Assembly (NCBI GenBank): GCA_963767005.1
Contig: CAVYCN010000007.1
Location: 32,001-96,000, forward strand
Length of the DNA stretch: 64,000 bases
DNA from: an uncultured Actinomycetes bacterium
Lineage (GTDB): Bacteria; Actinomycetota; Thermoleophilia; UBA2241
Direction of reading: 5' to 3'
Shown: positions 60,663 through 64,000 of the stretch, in pieces
Layout: each line of letters starts with the position of its first letter
Position numbering within the stretch: position 1 is the stretch's first letter
The notes under the pieces: generated by a model
Database searches by the model: none
What the model was told of the DNA's origin: nothing
What the model saw: the letters and a program-made list of their open reading frames with translations, nothing else
Translations under genes and position numbers: made by a program

Positions 60663-61322
60663 ATGACCATGTACGAGGAATCCCAGGGCGGGTCCGGCCC
60701 GGCCGAAGGTGGACCCGGCGAGGGCGGTTTCGGCGGCGAGGGCGGCCCGGGCGGCTTCGGCGGCGAGGGCGGCTTCGGCCGCTGGGCGCGCGGCGGACCC
60801 GGCGAGCGCCGCTTCCGCGAGGGCCACGGCCACTGCGGACCACGCGGTTTCGGGCCCCACGGCTTCGGCCCTCACGGTCGCGCCCGGCGCGGCAACGTGC
60901 GGGCCGCCATCCTGGCCGTGCTGGCCGAGCAGCCCATGCACGGCTACGAGATCATGCAGCAGCTCGAGTCGCGTAGCGGTGGCATCTGGCGGCCCAGCCC
61001 GGGCTCGGTCTACCCCACGCTCCAGCTCCTCGAGGACCAGGCCCTGATCAAGGGCGAGGACGTCGAGGGCCGTCGCGTGTTCTCGCTGACCGACGAGGGC
61101 AAGGCCGAGGCCGAGACGATCACCCAGCAGGGCTCGCCGTGGGCGAGTCCCGAGGGCGGTCCCGGCGGCGCCCGATTCAAGCTGCGCGGCGGGATCAAGC
61201 AGCTCATGGCGGCCGTCATGCAGATCGGCGCAGCAGGCTCGCAGGAGCAGATCGACAAGACCCTCGAGATCCTCGCCGAGGCGCGCAAGCGCATCTACGC
61301 TCTACTCGCCGAAGACGCCTGA
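60663..61322 (+). CDS. PadR family transcriptional regulator with Gly-rich N-terminus
   Basis: RRGNVRAAIL..PMHGYEIM..WRPSPGSVYPTL. Confidence 0.94.
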   Translation: MTMYEESQGGSGPAEGGPGEGGFGGEGGPGGFGGEGGFGRWARGGPGERRFREGHGHCGPRGFGPHGFGPHGRARRGNVRAAILAVLAEQPMHGYEIMQQLESRSGGIWRPSPGSVYPTLQLLEDQALIKGEDVEGRRVFSLTDEGKAEAETITQQGSPWASPEGGPGGARFKLRGGIKQLMAAVMQIGAAGSQEQIDKTLEILAEARKRIYALLAEDA

Positions 61323-61429
61323 GCTTCGTGCGGGGCCGGCCGGCGAAGCGCCGGCCGGCCCCGCGTCGCGAGCGACGGGCGCGGGCCGGGCAAGCCCGGC
61401 CCGCGCCCGTCGCGCTCCCGCCCGACTTC

Positions 61430-63199
61430 TTAGAGGGCCGCCACCCAGATGGCGACGCCGGCGCCGCGCGCGACGAGCGTCCCCGCGGAGGGCCGCTGGC
61501 GCACGACGTCGCCGGGGAACGTGCCGAGGCCGAGCGTGTCGTGGACCTGGACGCTGAACCCGGCGTGACGCAGCGCGGCGGCGGCACTGTCGCCCGACGC
61601 GCCCACGACGTCGGGTACCACGACCTTCGCCGGGCCGCTGCTCACCCAGTAGCGTACGGTGCTCCCACGCAGCAGGCTGGTCGCGGTCGCGGGACTCTGC
61701 GCGACGACGCGCCCGCTCGGCACGGTGGTCGAGTGCCGCGACAGACGCCACGGCACGAAGCCGGCCGCGCGCAGGGCGGCGGCCGCGGCGCCCGCGCTCA
61801 GATCGACGACTCCGGGCACCGGCGGGTGCAGCAGGCCGCGGCTCACGACGAGCTGGACTGCCGCGCCCTTCTGCAGCGGCGTGCCGGCGGCCGGCCGTTC
61901 GGCCATGACCGTCCCGCGCGGATGCATGTCCGACAAGCCGCTCGAGAGCCCCACGACGAACCCCTTGTGGCGCAACGCGGCGACGGCCGGCGCCCGCGAC
62001 AGGCCGACGACGGACGGCAGCGGGTGCGCCCGATCCGCCAAGCCGCGGTACACGAGCGCTCCTGCCGCCCCGGCCGCGACGAGACCAAGCGCCACGACGA
62101 GCAGGACGAGCCGGCGGCGACGGCGCGGGCGGACACGTGCCGCAGCGACCCGCGTCGCCGCGGTGACGCCGGGCGCGGCGACCACGGTGAGCGCCGTCCC
62201 GGAAGCGACGCGCGTGGCCGGCGCCGACGCTTTGACGAGGGCCTCGGACGCGGCCGCCGGTGACGCGACCGGTCCGCCTGGTGCGGCCCGCTCATCCAAC
62301 GCGACCGGCGAGCCGGCGCCGAGCTGGAGCCCGTCGAGGGCCCGCGTGAAGTCGCGCGCCGTCTGGAAGCGCGCCGCCGGGTCCTTGGCGAGCGCCCTGG
62401 CCACGATGGCGTCGAGGGCCGGCGGCAGGCCGGGAACGAGCTCGCTCGGGGCCGCCGGGGGCTCGGTCGCGTGGCGCAAGGCGATCGCGACGTCGCTGTC
62501 GCCGTCGAACGGCAGGCGGCCGCTGAGCATCTCGAACAGCACGACGCCGGCGGAGTACAGGTCGGAGCGCGCGTCCGCGGGCTCGCCGCGCGCCTGCTCG
62601 GGCGAGAGATAGCGTGACGTGCCCATGACGACGCCGGTCGCCGTGAGCTCGGACGACCCGAAGCGGGCGATGCCGAAGTCGGCGACCTTCACGCGGCCGT
62701 CGGGCGCGAGCAGCACGTTGTGGGCGGTCACGTCCCGGTGGACGATGCCGTGCTCGTGGGCCGCCTGGAGCGCGGCGAGAAGGCCGCGCTCGACGCGGCA
62801 CGCGTCGGCCGGTGCGAGCCGGCCGCGACGCGCGATGAGCTGCTCGAGCGCCTCGCCCGGCACGTACTCCATCACGATGAACGACGTACCGTCGGCGCCG
62901 ACCCGGTCGTGGATGGCGACGACGTTCGGGTGGTTCAGGGCCGCCGCCGCCCGCGCCTCGCGCTGGAAACGCTCCACGAAGGCGGCGTCATCGGCGAATC
63001 GGGTACGCAGCACCTTGAGGGCCACGGGCCGCGCCAGCACGCCGTCGGTGGCCAGGAAGACTTCGGCCATGCCGCCGCCGCCGAGTCGTCGTTCGACGCG
63101 ATATCGGCCGTCGATCAGCCGACCGGCGCGGACGGACGCGGCGGCGGAGCTCACCTGACCTGGGTCGCGCTCCTCGAGCGCGGGAGGCTCGTCGGTCAA
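61430..63199 (-). CDS. PknB-like Ser/Thr kinase with TM segment and 3 PASTA domains
   Basis: GGGGMAEV, VALK, HRDVTAHN, DFGIA, YLSPEQ, SDLYS; PASTA repeats (PSVVG, PGVVD, PDVVG); TTG after GAGAGG. Confidence 0.92.
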   Translation of the reverse strand: MTDEPPALEERDPGQVSSAAASVRAGRLIDGRYRVERRLGGGGMAEVFLATDGVLARPVALKVLRTRFADDAAFVERFQREARAAAALNHPNVVAIHDRVGADGTSFIVMEYVPGEALEQLIARRGRLAPADACRVERGLLAALQAAHEHGIVHRDVTAHNVLLAPDGRVKVADFGIARFGSSELTATGVVMGTSRYLSPEQARGEPADARSDLYSAGVVLFEMLSGRLPFDGDSDVAIALRHATEPPAAPSELVPGLPPALDAIVARALAKDPAARFQTARDFTRALDGLQLGAGSPVALDERAAPGGPVASPAAASEALVKASAPATRVASGTALTVVAAPGVTAATRVAAARVRPRRRRRLVLLVVALGLVAAGAAGALVYRGLADRAHPLPSVVGLSRAPAVAALRHKGFVVGLSSGLSDMHPRGTVMAERPAAGTPLQKGAAVQLVVSRGLLHPPVPGVVDLSAGAAAAALRAAGFVPWRLSRHSTTVPSGRVVAQSPATATSLLRGSTVRYWVSSGPAKVVVPDVVGASGDSAAAALRHAGFSVQVHDTLGLGTFPGDVVRQRPSAGTLVARGAGVAIWVAAL

Positions 63200-63336
63200 G
63201 CCGGGGCACCTCTCGTGGGGTGAACGATAGGGGGCGGCCGCGTGGTGTGAGGCTGGCGGGCCGCTCCCGCTCCGTGGAGTCTTGTCGCAGTGTAGGGCAT
63301 CGCGGCGGAGCCGTCGCCCCGGCACCGTTTCGGCGC

Positions 63337-63364
63337 TTGACACGAACACGTGTTCGTTTATACT
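63337..63364 (+). promoter_or_regulatory. Sigma-70 promoter with LexA (SOS) box
   Basis: TTGACA-N16-TATACT with CGAACACGTGTTCG at 63343-56. Confidence 0.9.
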
Positions 63365-63505
63365 GGGCCCGTTCGGGGGAGAAAGAGCGCCACAGACAGG
63401 CCTCGAGCCGCCCCCGACGGGCCGGTCTTCGGTCACGCCGCGCGACCGGCCGGTGGGCTCCTTGCGGCGTCACCTCTCCCTGTACGGCTCGAGCCGGGTG
63501 CACCC

Positions 63506-64000
63506 ATGAGCTTCGTCCACCTTCACCTGCACACCAACTTCTCGCTCGGCGACGGCGCCGGCCGCATCGACGAGCTCGTGGCCGCCGCCAAGCGGGCGGG
63601 CATGCCGGCCCTGGCGATCACCGACCACGACGGCCTCTACGGCGCCGTGCGCTTCTACCAGGCCTGCAAGGCGGCCGGCATCAAGCCCATCGTCGGCGTC
63701 GAGATCGCCGTCGAATCGATCCTCGGCTCGGCGGCGCCCGAGGCCGCGACCCCCGACCACGCCGCGGCCGCCGCCATGGCCGCCGCGGCCGCCGAGGGCG
63801 CCCTCGTCCCCCACGTCTCCACGACCGACCTCGCCCCCTCGCCGCCGCGCGGCCAGTTCGCCGCGGCCGGCTACCATCTCGTGCTGCTGGCCCGCGACTA
63901 CCAGGGCTGGTCGCAGCTCTGCCGCATCGTCAGCGCCGCCCATCTCGAGCACCGCGGCGCGGCGCCCGTCGCCCGCGTCGCCACGATCGCCGCCGAGCAC
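63506..64000 (+). CDS. dnaE2: C-family DNA polymerase alpha subunit, PHP domain, probably error-prone DnaE2 (3'-truncated; absent from the ORF track)
   Basis: MSFVHLHLHTNFSLGDG..ALAITDHDGLYGAVRF..GIKPIVGVE..HLVLLARDYQGWSQLCRIVSAAH; LexA box upstream. Confidence 0.8.
   Translation, partial: MSFVHLHLHTNFSLGDGAGRIDELVAAAKRAGMPALAITDHDGLYGAVRFYQACKAAGIKPIVGVEIAVESILGSAAPEAATPDHAAAAAMAAAAAEGALVPHVSTTDLAPSPPRGQFAAAGYHLVLLARDYQGWSQLCRIVSAAHLEHRGAAPVARVATIAAEH

Overview
This is a high-GC chromosomal segment whose gene content points to an anaerobic Actinomycetota, probably Thermoleophilia-like (inference from gene families, GAAC-N4-GTTC LexA boxes and leaderless promoters). Metabolic genes include an hdrA-mvhD-metV-metF-hdrC-hdrB cluster (methyl branch of the Wood-Ljungdahl pathway), sdhCDAB and a non-pyrrolysine MttB-family methyltransferase. 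Other operons are a glycosyltransferase/ABC/SPFH/RHH operon, nrdR-nrdJ-asp23/amaP and hsp20-lon. Two inverted marR paralogues flank an orphan type IV pilin with a sigma-28-like promoter. A cobalamin riboswitch sits ahead of an APC permease, and there is a frameshifted IS982-family element. The repair neighbourhood holds a DEDD/UvrC fusion plus two LexA-box genes (DUF6504 and a dnaE2-like polymerase). Unexplained signals: (i) a dispersed ~58-bp repeat whose CTAG coincides with stop codons and was the IS insertion site; (ii) two candidate ncRNAs flanking a HAD gene, sharing a GGGGTACAST promoter-like motif; (iii) a stand-alone ImuB-C-like gene and a dnaE2-like gene under near-identical SOS promoters; (iv) a B12-riboswitch-controlled APC transporter. 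No rRNA, tRNA or CRISPR array was found. All calls come from reading the sequence by eye; no searches were run.
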